From a virus (taxonomy: Duplodnaviria > Caudoviricetes): a stretch of 63,999 nucleotides of DNA. Position 1 is the first letter of the stretch, and every line of letters begins with the position of its first letter. Positions 27,441 through 36,247 of the stretch are shown piece after piece. A program made the position numbers and the translations under genes. The notes under the pieces were generated by a model that was not told the DNA's origin, searched no databases, and saw nothing but the letters and a program-made list of their open reading frames with translations. The stretch lies in IMG/VR virus record IMGVR_UViG_3300037882_001089, positions 1 to 63,999 of that record. One strand, written 5' to 3'.

Positions 27441-30400
27441 TTATTCAAAAGATTTTTGTGCTTCTGAATTAACTGCAAATACACTTGCTTTTGAGTTTTT
27501 AGATAGTGTCATTTCAACTTCCATTGCATATCCTAATAAATTATTATTTTCTATGCTTTGTGGTTTTGAGCAAATTACAAAATCTCCGCTTACTATATTT
27601 AATACTGAGTTTAAAGTTAAAGAGTTAGTATTTTTAGAAAGTACTGAACCTACTAATTCTAAATCAGCATTTCTAATTTCATCACCGACATTTACAATTC
27701 CATTTAAATCAAAATCAAAATTCAAAGTTAAACCACTAATTGTACAGTTTCCTATTCCTTGATTCGCACCTATAATTGCTGTATCAATAACATCATTGTC
27801 AGTTCTTACGTAAGCATAGAAAACACCTTCTTTTTTTTCGTAATCTTCTTTGTTTATATAGCCTTCATTTATATCTGTTTTTAGTTTTGTTTGCCAAGCA
27901 TCAGTCCCTTCAATAGATAATGTTTTAAAGTTCTTACGTGTAGATGAACCTTCATTAATTGCGAATTTAAATTTACTTGGGTACTCAATACCAAAAAATG
28001 TATTATAATTATCTAACAATCCATTTTTAGACTGATTACACTTGTAAACATTACCATTTTTAAACGCTATTAATTCATTGTTAATACGTATCATATCATC
28101 AGGATTGAATTTTATTCTACCTAACCAACCATCATCAGAATCAGAATAAATCCAAGTCTGATATTCTGTATTATTATACTTTATGTTTAATATAAAATAA
28201 TCATTAAATTGGTCATACTGCCCTATGATATTATTAATAGTGTTTTCTTTAAACAATTTACGGAAATAGTTTTTCATTCCTTGTGTTGTAATCTCAAAAA
28301 TACCATTATTAGATAGTTTACAAACAGTTCCTCCTTTTACATCTGTAAAGTATCTATTGATAGCTTCAAAGTCAAAACTTTCAGGATGTGTGCTAATACC
28401 ATTTTCTTCTTGATATGTATTTTGCTTACCTAAAACATCTTCAATAGATACTAAATTAGTAGAACCATCAACATTTGATAATAAATCTTTACCGTAATAA
28501 ACAATACTTACTTTATCTTCTTGATAAACTTCTAAATCAGTATCTTTTCCTCTTATTTTAATAATAGAACCATATGATTTTTCAATATCATCTTTAAAAT
28601 TAGCTTTAGATAAGTTAAATTCATTTAATCTATTAATATTTGTAGTAGAATTATAAACTCCTGAATATGTAATATCAGCATATCTATCTACTTGTCTATA
28701 CTCATCTTCACTTACTGCGGTAGGGCAAAAATCAATAGCTAATGTTTTTTCATTAAAAGCATCTCTAATTTGAAAACTTTCAACTCCATTTCCTTGACAA
28801 AAACAATTATATGTATCTACTAATAAATGCTCTTCCATTTCATGTTCCCCATCTATTACATCATAAATTTCAGGAGTTTCATAAAAAATATCATTATCTA
28901 TTTCTTTAGCAGTTTTCTCAAATATAAAAAGATTAGAAACCGTTCTAATTGTTGCTGTTACATAAACTCTACCATATCTTGAAGCACTTCCACTACCAGT
29001 ACCACTTTCAGTTCCTTGAACTACTAAATACAAAAATCCAGCAGGGTCAGGAGAAACTAAAATAATTAATCCTGTAGTTGGATTTACAATAGGTATTCCT
29101 CTTACAAGTGTAACAAGATATGTTTTGGTAGGATGTGATGTTGACTGAAAACCTAACGGATTTATTTGTGCATAGAAAAAATCAAAAAAATTAGCATAAT
29201 TCTGTTGCGCAGTATATGTTCTATTAAATAAAATTCTAGGGTCTTCATTTTTATAATCACTTCTAAAACTTAGATTGATTTGTGAACCTTGCGGGAAAGG
29301 CTTATCAATTTTAACTCCTAAAGCATCTAATTCTGAGAAATCTCCAGTAAAAGATGTTGGATAACCATTTGTTGTTTCTGCGTATCCTGAATATTGTGAA
29401 AATTCATTATTTGAATATTCCATTTCAAAATCTAATGCTTTTATTTTAGCATATAGACCAGCAGGTTCAGGTATTGCGGAAGGATTCGTTGTTATAAAAT
29501 TTATAGGTTGTTGTTTTACATCTAACACCTTTACTTTTATAGGATTGGGTAAAAACCCAGTACCATCACTTTTAACAATTAAAATATCCCCATCTTGAAC
29601 TTTATTTTTATTTTCACCATCTAGTTTTATCCAACGATAAATCCCATCAACAAAGAATATATTTATAGGGATTGTTTCATAAAGTCCCTGATTTATTTTA
29701 ATACCAAATTTGTAAGTTTTAGCCCAAGTAGGCGGTTTTTGTGTTAGTGGTATATTTACTTGTATTTGATTCTGAGTTATTGCATTTTCATTAGGGATAA
29801 ACAATGTATTATTTGTACTTGTTAAGGCAGTAGTTTTTCTACCTTGTAAATCTCTATAAATCATACAAATCTCATAACTTCTTAAAGATTTTAAAGAAGT
29901 AGCAACTGACACACTATTATAACTTGCGCTTGATAAATCATTGTAAAAATAATCTCTTACAAATGTATTTGGGTCAGGAGTTTCGTCAATTTCATATTTT
30001 ATAACTGGGAAAGTAATAATAATATCGGTTCCAATATTAGATATTTCAAATCCTTTTAAAACTATATAAGGAGGTAAATAATCAACAGGTGGATTTACTC
30101 CTCCATTGTTTTCAAAATAAATTGTTAGTAAATCTAATTGGTCTTGAATTGTAGAGTTAGTAATTAAGTCTGTTAAATCGGTATAATCTTCAAATAAAGT
30201 AAACTTAAATTCATAGTCAAAATCTAATAATCTCTCATTACTTTTTAATTTGAAGTTAAATATAATTGAATTACCATTTTTAAAAGATAATCCACTAGCG
30301 TCAATAATTATCTGTCCTTTTGGTAAAGTTATTGGAACAGCATCAAAAGTATAATTAATAGAATTTTGGTCAACATCTAAAAAAGTAGTTTCAATTTCAT

Positions 30401-31472
30401 TAGACACTAAGGCTAATGTGTAATCCATTATTACTTTGTTACCATTTTTATCTATTAGATTTTTACCTTCTTTATAATTTGCAAAAGCAACTCTGTTTCC
30501 TATTGGAGATTGAGCTAAAGCTATCTCAGGAACATTATCAAAACTCCTAAAATATTGGTCAGCAGGAAGAATACCATATACCTTAGAATTATTAAATTCT
30601 AAAGTTTGTATTGTATCATCCGCCCAACCCTCATCTTCTTTTATAAAAGTATCTACTTTATAGATATTTGTTTCGTTAGAAAACTTAAACAACAAGTCTA
30701 TTGCTACAACTTCTCTTAATCCAGTATTAAATGAAATATTTACAGAATTAAAACTATTTAACATCCCTAAATTTTCAAATGTTTCAAAATCTAAGTTATA
30801 TGCTTTTGGTTCAAAAAAATACTTACTCCAACTAGAAATAGCAGAATAATAACCATCTTTATATTTAAATCTTGTAGCAAAGCAAATTATTTTATTTTCT
30901 AAGTAGTTTGCTTGTGCATTTTCGGTAGAAATAATAGGTGTTAAAGTAGGAGAATATATAGGAGGAGCTTTTATTAGCATAATCTCTTCTGCTGTAAACC
31001 CATCAATACCCCAAGTTTTCATTCTCTCAATATTACCTATTCTTGGAGGATTTGTGTCACCACTCCATTGAATTAAGTTTCCATTTCCTTCGGGGTCAAT
31101 ATAAATATCAATATTAGTGATTCGCTCACCTGATTTAAGATTTAATCGAGTTCCTGTTGTTGATTGTAGGACTACAACATTATCATTTGTGATAATATCA
31201 TATTCCATTAAATAATCATAATTAGTAGCTTTAACAAAATAGTAAACTTTATTGTTAGCTGAATCTTTCCCAGTACCATAACTAATACCTCCCAAAAACT
31301 CATTATCTACCGTAAGAACAGTTCCTAATACATTATTACCTACCCCAATATTAGAGCCGTTTGCTACTGTAACTAAGAAGTTTTCGGCATCAATAAGAGT
31401 TCCGTTCTCTAAGAAACGATAATCATAATCAGTATTTAAAATACCTTTTTGGAAAGTGTTTTTAATCTTCAT
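27441..31472 (-). CDS. tail stabilisation/nozzle (muzzle-like) protein
   Basis: KNTFQKGILNTDYD.R...DAEN start, FATRFKYKDGYYSAIS, GNRVAFANY, GISTHPESF; crAss-like position. Confidence 0.7.
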   Translation of the reverse strand: MKIKNTFQKGILNTDYDYRFLENGTLIDAENFLVTVANGSNIGVGNNVLGTVLTVDNEFLGGISYGTGKDSANNKVYYFVKATNYDYLMEYDIITNDNVVVLQSTTGTRLNLKSGERITNIDIYIDPEGNGNLIQWSGDTNPPRIGNIERMKTWGIDGFTAEEIMLIKAPPIYSPTLTPIISTENAQANYLENKIICFATRFKYKDGYYSAISSWSKYFFEPKAYNLDFETFENLGMLNSFNSVNISFNTGLREVVAIDLLFKFSNETNIYKVDTFIKEDEGWADDTIQTLEFNNSKVYGILPADQYFRSFDNVPEIALAQSPIGNRVAFANYKEGKNLIDKNGNKVIMDYTLALVSNEIETTFLDVDQNSINYTFDAVPITLPKGQIIIDASGLSFKNGNSIIFNFKLKSNERLLDFDYEFKFTLFEDYTDLTDLITNSTIQDQLDLLTIYFENNGGVNPPVDYLPPYIVLKGFEISNIGTDIIITFPVIKYEIDETPDPNTFVRDYFYNDLSSASYNSVSVATSLKSLRSYEICMIYRDLQGRKTTALTSTNNTLFIPNENAITQNQIQVNIPLTQKPPTWAKTYKFGIKINQGLYETIPINIFFVDGIYRWIKLDGENKNKVQDGDILIVKSDGTGFLPNPIKVKVLDVKQQPINFITTNPSAIPEPAGLYAKIKALDFEMEYSNNEFSQYSGYAETTNGYPTSFTGDFSELDALGVKIDKPFPQGSQINLSFRSDYKNEDPRILFNRTYTAQQNYANFFDFFYAQINPLGFQSTSHPTKTYLVTLVRGIPIVNPTTGLIILVSPDPAGFLYLVVQGTESGTGSGSASRYGRVYVTATIRTVSNLFIFEKTAKEIDNDIFYETPEIYDVIDGEHEMEEHLLVDTYNCFCQGNGVESFQIRDAFNEKTLAIDFCPTAVSEDEYRQVDRYADITYSGVYNSTTNINRLNEFNLSKANFKDDIEKSYGSIIKIRGKDTDLEVYQEDKVSIVYYGKDLLSNVDGSTNLVSIEDVLGKQNTYQEENGISTHPESFDFEAINRYFTDVKGGTVCKLSNNGIFEITTQGMKNYFRKLFKENTINNIIGQYDQFNDYFILNIKYNNTEYQTWIYSDSDDGWLGRIKFNPDDMIRINNELIAFKNGNVYKCNQSKNGLLDNYNTFFGIEYPSKFKFAINEGSSTRKNFKTLSIEGTDAWQTKLKTDINEGYINKEDYEKKEGVFYAYVRTDNDVIDTAIIGANQGIGNCTISGLTLNFDFDLNGIVNVGDEIRNADLELVGSVLSKNTNSLTLNSVLNIVSGDFVICSKPQSIENNNLLGYAMEVEMTLSKNSKASVFAVNSEAQKSFE

Positions 31473-32327
31473 TTATCTCAACCAATTTTTACGACTATTC
31501 AACAAAAACATTACGTCCTCAAATCTAACATTCATTAGTTTTATAGTCGCATTTTTATAAGCAGTATCATACTCTTTTTTAGCTCTATTCACAACGTATT
31601 CTTGTCGGTTATCACTATTACTTAGTAAGTTCCATTTACACCAATTATACAATGCTATTTCAGCTAATTTATTTATCCTAATATCACTATCACTTGCGTG
31701 TTCTAATCCATCGGATATAAACTCCAACATAATTACTTTACTTAGCGCATCAGAACTAAAATGAAATCCCGCACTTGTAACATTAAAATAACCATTCGCG
31801 TTTTGTGTGGCATCTAAACTAAAATTAGTAGTTTCATTACAAAAACAATTTGGGTCAAACTCATAACTAATAACTCCTCTTCCTTGACTTTCTAATTCAG
31901 CATTCATTGTAGAGCCTTCTAAGATAAATCCATCTTGGTCAAATAAAATATTAGCATCTTGGTCTTGAAGATAGGCAGGATAAACATTCAAATCTCTATT
32001 TATAGCCATTGGCATTAACTTACCCGATATTGGGTGAACATAACTAACTCTTACCCAATTAACATAATTAGGCGGATATATAGCGGTTAATGTATCATTT
32101 AGTTCTAATTCACATCCTTTAACTTCTTGAAGATTACCGTAATTAAATTGTTGAATACCTTTCTTCATCCAATAAACAACTTTTCTACGAGGCACTTGCC
32201 CTAATAGTGTGCCATCCCCTATGTAATTATCCATAAAGTTATTAACGAGATTAACTAATGTTTCATATTTATAAGAACCATGATTGGCTTCGTTTTCGTA
32301 ATAATCTATCGGTATTAAACTTGCCAT
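31473..32327 (-). CDS. tail ring/adaptor protein
   Basis: PPNYVNWVRVS...LEFISDGL; position between capsid and nozzle genes. Confidence 0.55.
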   Translation of the reverse strand: MASLIPIDYYENEANHGSYKYETLVNLVNNFMDNYIGDGTLLGQVPRRKVVYWMKKGIQQFNYGNLQEVKGCELELNDTLTAIYPPNYVNWVRVSYVHPISGKLMPMAINRDLNVYPAYLQDQDANILFDQDGFILEGSTMNAELESQGRGVISYEFDPNCFCNETTNFSLDATQNANGYFNVTSAGFHFSSDALSKVIMLEFISDGLEHASDSDIRINKLAEIALYNWCKWNLLSNSDNRQEYVVNRAKKEYDTAYKNATIKLMNVRFEDVMFLLNSRKNWLR

Positions 32328-32330
32328 TTA

Positions 32331-33062
32331 TTATGATTGTTTTTGCGTTAAATTAACTTCTTGTTGTGCTGAGGCTTCTGTTACTTGTGCTTCTCTTAAT
32401 GCTAATCCAGCATAACTACATACTTTCACTATAAATTTCTCATAAAGGGAAATATGTAAATCTACGTGTTGTAAATCAGTAGCCGAAGCATTAAACATTG
32501 GATTACCACCGACATTTACATAAGTCCATTTCGGAGATTTAGGTTTTCTCAAATAAAGTAACTCTACGTAATAACCACTTGGATTATCGGGATAAACTTT
32601 AAAGTCATCTTCTATTCTATATCCTATTGGGAAGTCTAAAGTAGGAGGATTAACATTTGAATTAATAGTTTTATTCAAATCAGTTTTAAGCATTAATTCA
32701 ACATCAACTCTTTTTCCCGAAGATGTATGAACTAATGATGTGCTTATTGCTCTATATAAATCAGTTCCAGTATAACTCCAAAGTTTAGTAGTATTATTGT
32801 AAGTAAAATTTGATGGTGTAGAAAATTGAGAATATAAATCTATTTGCTCCTCACGTATTTTTTTTAAATCAGCATATTGGGAGTTTGTAAGATGATTGTT
32901 CTTTTTGATAGAATCTCTCGCGTCCAAATAAAAAAGCTCCTCAAAAATAGACATCTGAGCCAATTGAGCATAGGAATTAAATTCTTCGGGGCTTAAATAT
33001 CCATAGTTGTTCTTAGCTAATAAAAACAATACAGTATTTCGGCACTCATTAATGTTTATCAT
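32331..33062 (-). CDS. tail ring/adaptor protein
   Basis: KNNYGYLSPEEFN.YAQLAQ...YLRKPKSPKWTY. Confidence 0.55.
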   Translation of the reverse strand: MININECRNTVLFLLAKNNYGYLSPEEFNSYAQLAQMSIFEELFYLDARDSIKKNNHLTNSQYADLKKIREEQIDLYSQFSTPSNFTYNNTTKLWSYTGTDLYRAISTSLVHTSSGKRVDVELMLKTDLNKTINSNVNPPTLDFPIGYRIEDDFKVYPDNPSGYYVELLYLRKPKSPKWTYVNVGGNPMFNASATDLQHVDLHISLYEKFIVKVCSYAGLALREAQVTEASAQQEVNLTQKQS

Positions 33063-33079
33063 AAGTACTTAATTTACAA

Positions 33080-33096
33080 CAAAGATAAAAAATAAC
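33080..33096 (-). promoter_or_regulatory. promoter for the tail operon (partial copy of the late motif)
   Basis: CAAAGATAAAAAATAAC on + reads TATCTTTG (-7 element) on -. Confidence 0.55.
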
Positions 33097-33126
33097 AACT
33101 AAAAATTCACTTTATATAAAATATAT

Positions 33127-33156
33127 TTTGTAGTTAAATATTTATTACTATATTTG
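33127..33156 (+). promoter_or_regulatory. Bacteroidota promoter of the tRNA operon
   Basis: TTTG at 33127-33130 and TATATTTG at 33149-33156; ATG follows 4 nt later (leaderless-type start). Confidence 0.75.
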
Positions 33157-33160
33157 CTCT

Positions 33161-33232
33161 ATGAATACTAAGAAATTACATACTCTACGTCCTGAGCAAC
33201 CGAAATTATATTTGGGAGGAATTGGCGTATAA
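33161..33232 (+). CDS. attenuator leader peptide MNTKKLHTLRPEQPKLYLGGIGV
   Basis: Short ORF between promoter and terminator; codons 7-14 are CAT ACT CTA CGT CCT GAG CAA CCG. Confidence 0.75.
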   Translation: MNTKKLHTLRPEQPKLYLGGIGV

Positions 33233-33255
33233 AGTATTTTATAATATAAAAACGT

Positions 33256-33283
33256 AAACCTCTCAGAAATGGGAGGTTTTTTT
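33256..33283 (+). terminator. attenuator terminator before the tRNAs
   Basis: AAACCTCTCA-GAAA-TGGGAGGTTTTTTT; its left arm can instead pair with TTTGGGAGG at 33211-33219. Confidence 0.85.
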
Positions 33284-33287
33284 ATTT

Positions 33288-33364
33288 CTAGTTACTAGGG
33301 CAGATGGATGAACCCGCCTCACTTGGAATGAGGAGATTCGCTGATTCGATTTCAGCTAACTAGA
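33288..33364 (+). tRNA. tRNA-Pro(TGG)
   Basis: CTAGTTA/TAACTAG acceptor stem, CCTCA-CTTGGAA-TGAGG anticodon arm, GCTGA-TTCGATT-TCAGC T arm. Confidence 0.85.
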
Positions 33365-33424
33365 CGAGCAGACTGTTACTAATTCATAGGACGTGGTGTA
33401 TAATACGAACGTAGAATTAGATAT

Positions 33425-33496
33425 TAGAGTATCGTATAACGGTTATTACATCTGACTTTGACTCAGATAATGGAAGTTCGATTCTTTCTACTCTAA
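33425..33496 (+). tRNA. tRNA-Gln(TTG)
   Basis: TAGAGTA/TACTCTA, TCTGA-CTTTGAC-TCAGA, GGAAG-TTCGATT-CTTTC. Confidence 0.88.
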
Positions 33497-33498
33497 CT

Positions 33499-33573
33499 GT
33501 GTTGTTAGCATAATTGGAATAATGTGCCTAACTGTGAATTAGGAGGATAGGGTTCGAGTCCCTGCAACACCCA
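33499..33573 (+). tRNA. tRNA-His(GTG)
   Basis: GTGTTG/CAACAC, CCTAA-CTGTGAA-TTAGG, AGGG-TTCGAGT-CCCT, ends CCA. Confidence 0.85.
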
Positions 33574-33576
33574 AAT

Positions 33577-33650
33577 GCCTCGTTACGCTAAATGGAAGTG
33601 CGGTCACACTTAGAATGTGATGGTTGTAGATTCGACTTCTACACGAGGTA
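33577..33650 (+). tRNA. tRNA-Leu(TAG) with short variable loop
   Basis: GCCTCGT/ACGAGGT, TCACA-CTTAGAA-TGTGA, 5-nt variable loop, GTAGA-TTCGACT-TCTAC. Confidence 0.82.
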
Positions 33651-33656
33651 CTAAAT

Positions 33657-33728
33657 TTTCTTATAGTTTAATGGATAAAACATCAGATTACGACTCTGAT
33701 AATCTCCGTTCGAGTCGGGGTAAGAAAA
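33657..33728 (+). tRNA. tRNA-Arg(ACG)
   Basis: TTTCTTA/TAAGAAA, TCAGA-TTACGAC-TCTGA, CTCCG-TTCGAGT-CGGGG. Confidence 0.88.
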
Positions 33729-33730
33729 CT

Positions 33731-33764
33731 AAAAAAGCCTACCAAAACTAATTGGTAGGCTTTT
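33731..33764. terminator. bidirectional terminator
   Basis: AAAAAAGCCTACCAA-aacta-a-TTGGTAGGCTTTT between convergent units. Confidence 0.85.
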
Positions 33765-33782
33765 AAATTTATTATTTAGTTT

Positions 33783-34802
33783 TTAATTCAAACTATTTGC
33801 TAAATACTCGTAGAAACTTCTACCATCTCCCGTTTGAAGATACTTACAAATAACATCAATCTCATTGCTATTTCGGTCAACTTCTATTAAAAGTTCTTTG
33901 TTAGCGTTGTAGAATCGATAGTTTTTGTAAATCAACAATCCTCTTGAAATAGCTGATTTAGCAATTCCTTTTACTTTAGTATCGGGATTCTCGCAAAGTT
34001 CAATGTATTCTTTAGGGTTTGAATCCGCATACAAGAACATTTCTTCCTCAATTTGGTCAATTCCCCACGCTTCTACATAACTCGGACAAACTAAACTTGC
34101 AATAGCTCTATTAATAGTATTTCCTACTGAATCTACTAACATATTAGCTTTGTTTTTTAGTTTTTTATCCGCAACAAATTTTCTTGAAGATTCTGTTGGG
34201 TCATATTCTTTAAAAATAATCCCATTATGAGGATGTATCGTTAGGAATTTTTGCAATACAACATCATTTGCCCCAACTTTTAACATCCCATTTTTAAAGA
34301 TAATATGCTTTACTAATACAGACCCTAATTCTTTACTTTGATTTTCAACAAAGAAAGACGGTTGATTTGAAGCAAATCTCAAAGTATGAACAGTTTTTCT
34401 TGCTTTATTAGTATATTGCAAGTTCATGTGTTCTGAATGTTGATGAGCAATAGAATATGAGATTGGTTTTGAGCCATCGCATAATACATATTGTCTGTCT
34501 TTCATTTCCCAATTTTTAAACTCAGGAATATCATCATCAATATCTTGTTCTAATCTATGTTGTGGTATTTGTTGTACAATAGGTTTTACAAGTTGTTGAG
34601 TTTGTTTAGATAGAGCTTCTTCTATAAGACGTTGCACTTCCGATAACGATACAGTTGGCTCTTTATCTTTAGGAGTTTCGATAGTTTCATCTACTACTTC
34701 TGTATTTTTAGGATTAGCTTTTTCTTGCTCTGCAAGAGCTTTTGCTTCTCTTTTTTCTCTGTGCATCTTAGCTAAAGGATGCTCTTTTTCTACTTCTGCC
34801 AT
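33783..34802 (-). CDS. conserved hypothetical protein downstream of the capsid gene
   Basis: LRFASNQPSFF...LQKFLTIHPHN...EYD. Confidence 0.65.
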   Translation of the reverse strand: MAEVEKEHPLAKMHREKREAKALAEQEKANPKNTEVVDETIETPKDKEPTVSLSEVQRLIEEALSKQTQQLVKPIVQQIPQHRLEQDIDDDIPEFKNWEMKDRQYVLCDGSKPISYSIAHQHSEHMNLQYTNKARKTVHTLRFASNQPSFFVENQSKELGSVLVKHIIFKNGMLKVGANDVVLQKFLTIHPHNGIIFKEYDPTESSRKFVADKKLKNKANMLVDSVGNTINRAIASLVCPSYVEAWGIDQIEEEMFLYADSNPKEYIELCENPDTKVKGIAKSAISRGLLIYKNYRFYNANKELLIEVDRNSNEIDVICKYLQTGDGRSFYEYLANSLN

Positions 34803-34828
34803 TTTTATTTGATTTAATTTGAATGAAT

Positions 34829-34856
34829 AAAAAGGTAGGGAGTTTTTCTCCCTACC
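34829..34856 (-). terminator. terminator after the major capsid gene
   Basis: GGTAGGGAG/CTCCCTACC stem with a T-tract on the minus strand. Confidence 0.75.
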
Positions 34857-34869
34857 CTAACTTTAATTA

Positions 34870-36204
34870 TTATGCTCCTTGAAACAATAAGGTGTTATTA
34901 CGCCCAATGATAACAAGTGCTTGTTCTGATTGAAACTCAGTACGAACTTCATCTTTATTAGATGTTCCTTTCGCCCAATCAAACTGTGCCATTTCGTAGT
35001 CACGGTTCATAGCTCCATAAGCTCTATTTCTAACGTGAATCATAGGTTTAACCGAAGTTTCCCCCATTAATGGGTCTGTAACTGATTGAGAAGCAGAAGG
35101 CACAATGAATCCGTTTACTTTTCTAACACCTACAACACTTCCCTGAGCAGTTGGCTCGTTTAAGTAACGTAATGCTGAATAAGCAAACTCATAACCTCCT
35201 AAAGAATATCCTTTGAAAGATAAATCTAAAGCCATTTTATCGTTATTATCAAACATACCGTAAGATAATCCTACTGTGTTTGTAGATGCCAATAAACGGT
35301 CTTGTGCAAAACAAAGTGCAGTTGTTCCATAAACTACGTTATCTTTCAATTGACCTTGTTTTTCAAATCTATCAACGATAGACTCTAAATCAGTAATTGT
35401 AGATGGAAGACCTGTGAAAATATTTCCTTCTCTCATTACGTCTAAAGCTCCTTGTTTTCCTTTGTAACCAGCAGTCAACAAATCTCCCGCCCAATTTTTA
35501 GAGTTAAAGTTTGCAGATTCTCTTGCATTTCTAAATCTACGTTCAGCGTTTTCTTTGTTAACGTAAAACCAGCAATATCCAACTTCTCCAGTAGATTCGT
35601 TAGTAGCTTTTAACCAAGAGATTTGAGTCATATTGGTACGGTTTTCTTTAACCATCTCCTTAACGATTGCACCTCTTGTAGTATATTGTTGGTATTTAGT
35701 GTTAAGAGATTCTTGCATACCTTCTGTTCCTTTTCCGAACTCATTGAAGTCTGCAAAAACTACTAAATCAACTAAAGGTAAAGCTGTAAATCCTGCTGAA
35801 TCTCCACATACTGCTGTAAAAGTAGTACTTGTAGTTGCTGAAATACGACCTTGACGAACTGTCGCTCCATCTAAACTTCTAATGAAAACAATTTCTCCAA
35901 CTCTGAAAGTATGGTCTGCGGATGTAAATACATCAGCTAAACGTGTTACTCCCTCAGCAAGTTGAGTTAATCTTTCTTCTTCTGTCCATGTAATAACGTC
36001 AGATGCGTATGGAATTTTACGACCAGTTGCTTCAAACCAACCATCAATCATTTGGCTTCCGTATCTTCCGTGAAGTTTCTTGTCCAAATCAGGTAATTGG
36101 TGAGTTAAATAGGTCATATCCGCTAAATCCATATAGTTCTGCGGAGTTGGTACTTTTGTTGCGGAAGGTACATATCTTACCGCTGGTGAAACTGCTAATG
36201 CCAT
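34870..36204 (-). CDS. major capsid protein
   Basis: 444 aa, follows an acidic scaffold-like gene, own terminator; SDVITWTEEERL...FQSEQAL...G.NN pattern. Confidence 0.8.
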   Translation of the reverse strand: MALAVSPAVRYVPSATKVPTPQNYMDLADMTYLTHQLPDLDKKLHGRYGSQMIDGWFEATGRKIPYASDVITWTEEERLTQLAEGVTRLADVFTSADHTFRVGEIVFIRSLDGATVRQGRISATTSTTFTAVCGDSAGFTALPLVDLVVFADFNEFGKGTEGMQESLNTKYQQYTTRGAIVKEMVKENRTNMTQISWLKATNESTGEVGYCWFYVNKENAERRFRNARESANFNSKNWAGDLLTAGYKGKQGALDVMREGNIFTGLPSTITDLESIVDRFEKQGQLKDNVVYGTTALCFAQDRLLASTNTVGLSYGMFDNNDKMALDLSFKGYSLGGYEFAYSALRYLNEPTAQGSVVGVRKVNGFIVPSASQSVTDPLMGETSVKPMIHVRNRAYGAMNRDYEMAQFDWAKGTSNKDEVRTEFQSEQALVIIGRNNTLLFQGA

Positions 36205-36247
36205 TATTTTCTTGTTTTTTTATGTTAATATTAGTTTACAAGAAATC

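Noticed and set aside
33577-33650. Amber suppressor tRNA or TAG recoding
   Set aside because: Anticodon TAG reads CTA (Leu); a suppressor would need anticodon CTA. Many genes end normally in TAG and the long ORFs are intact in the standard code.
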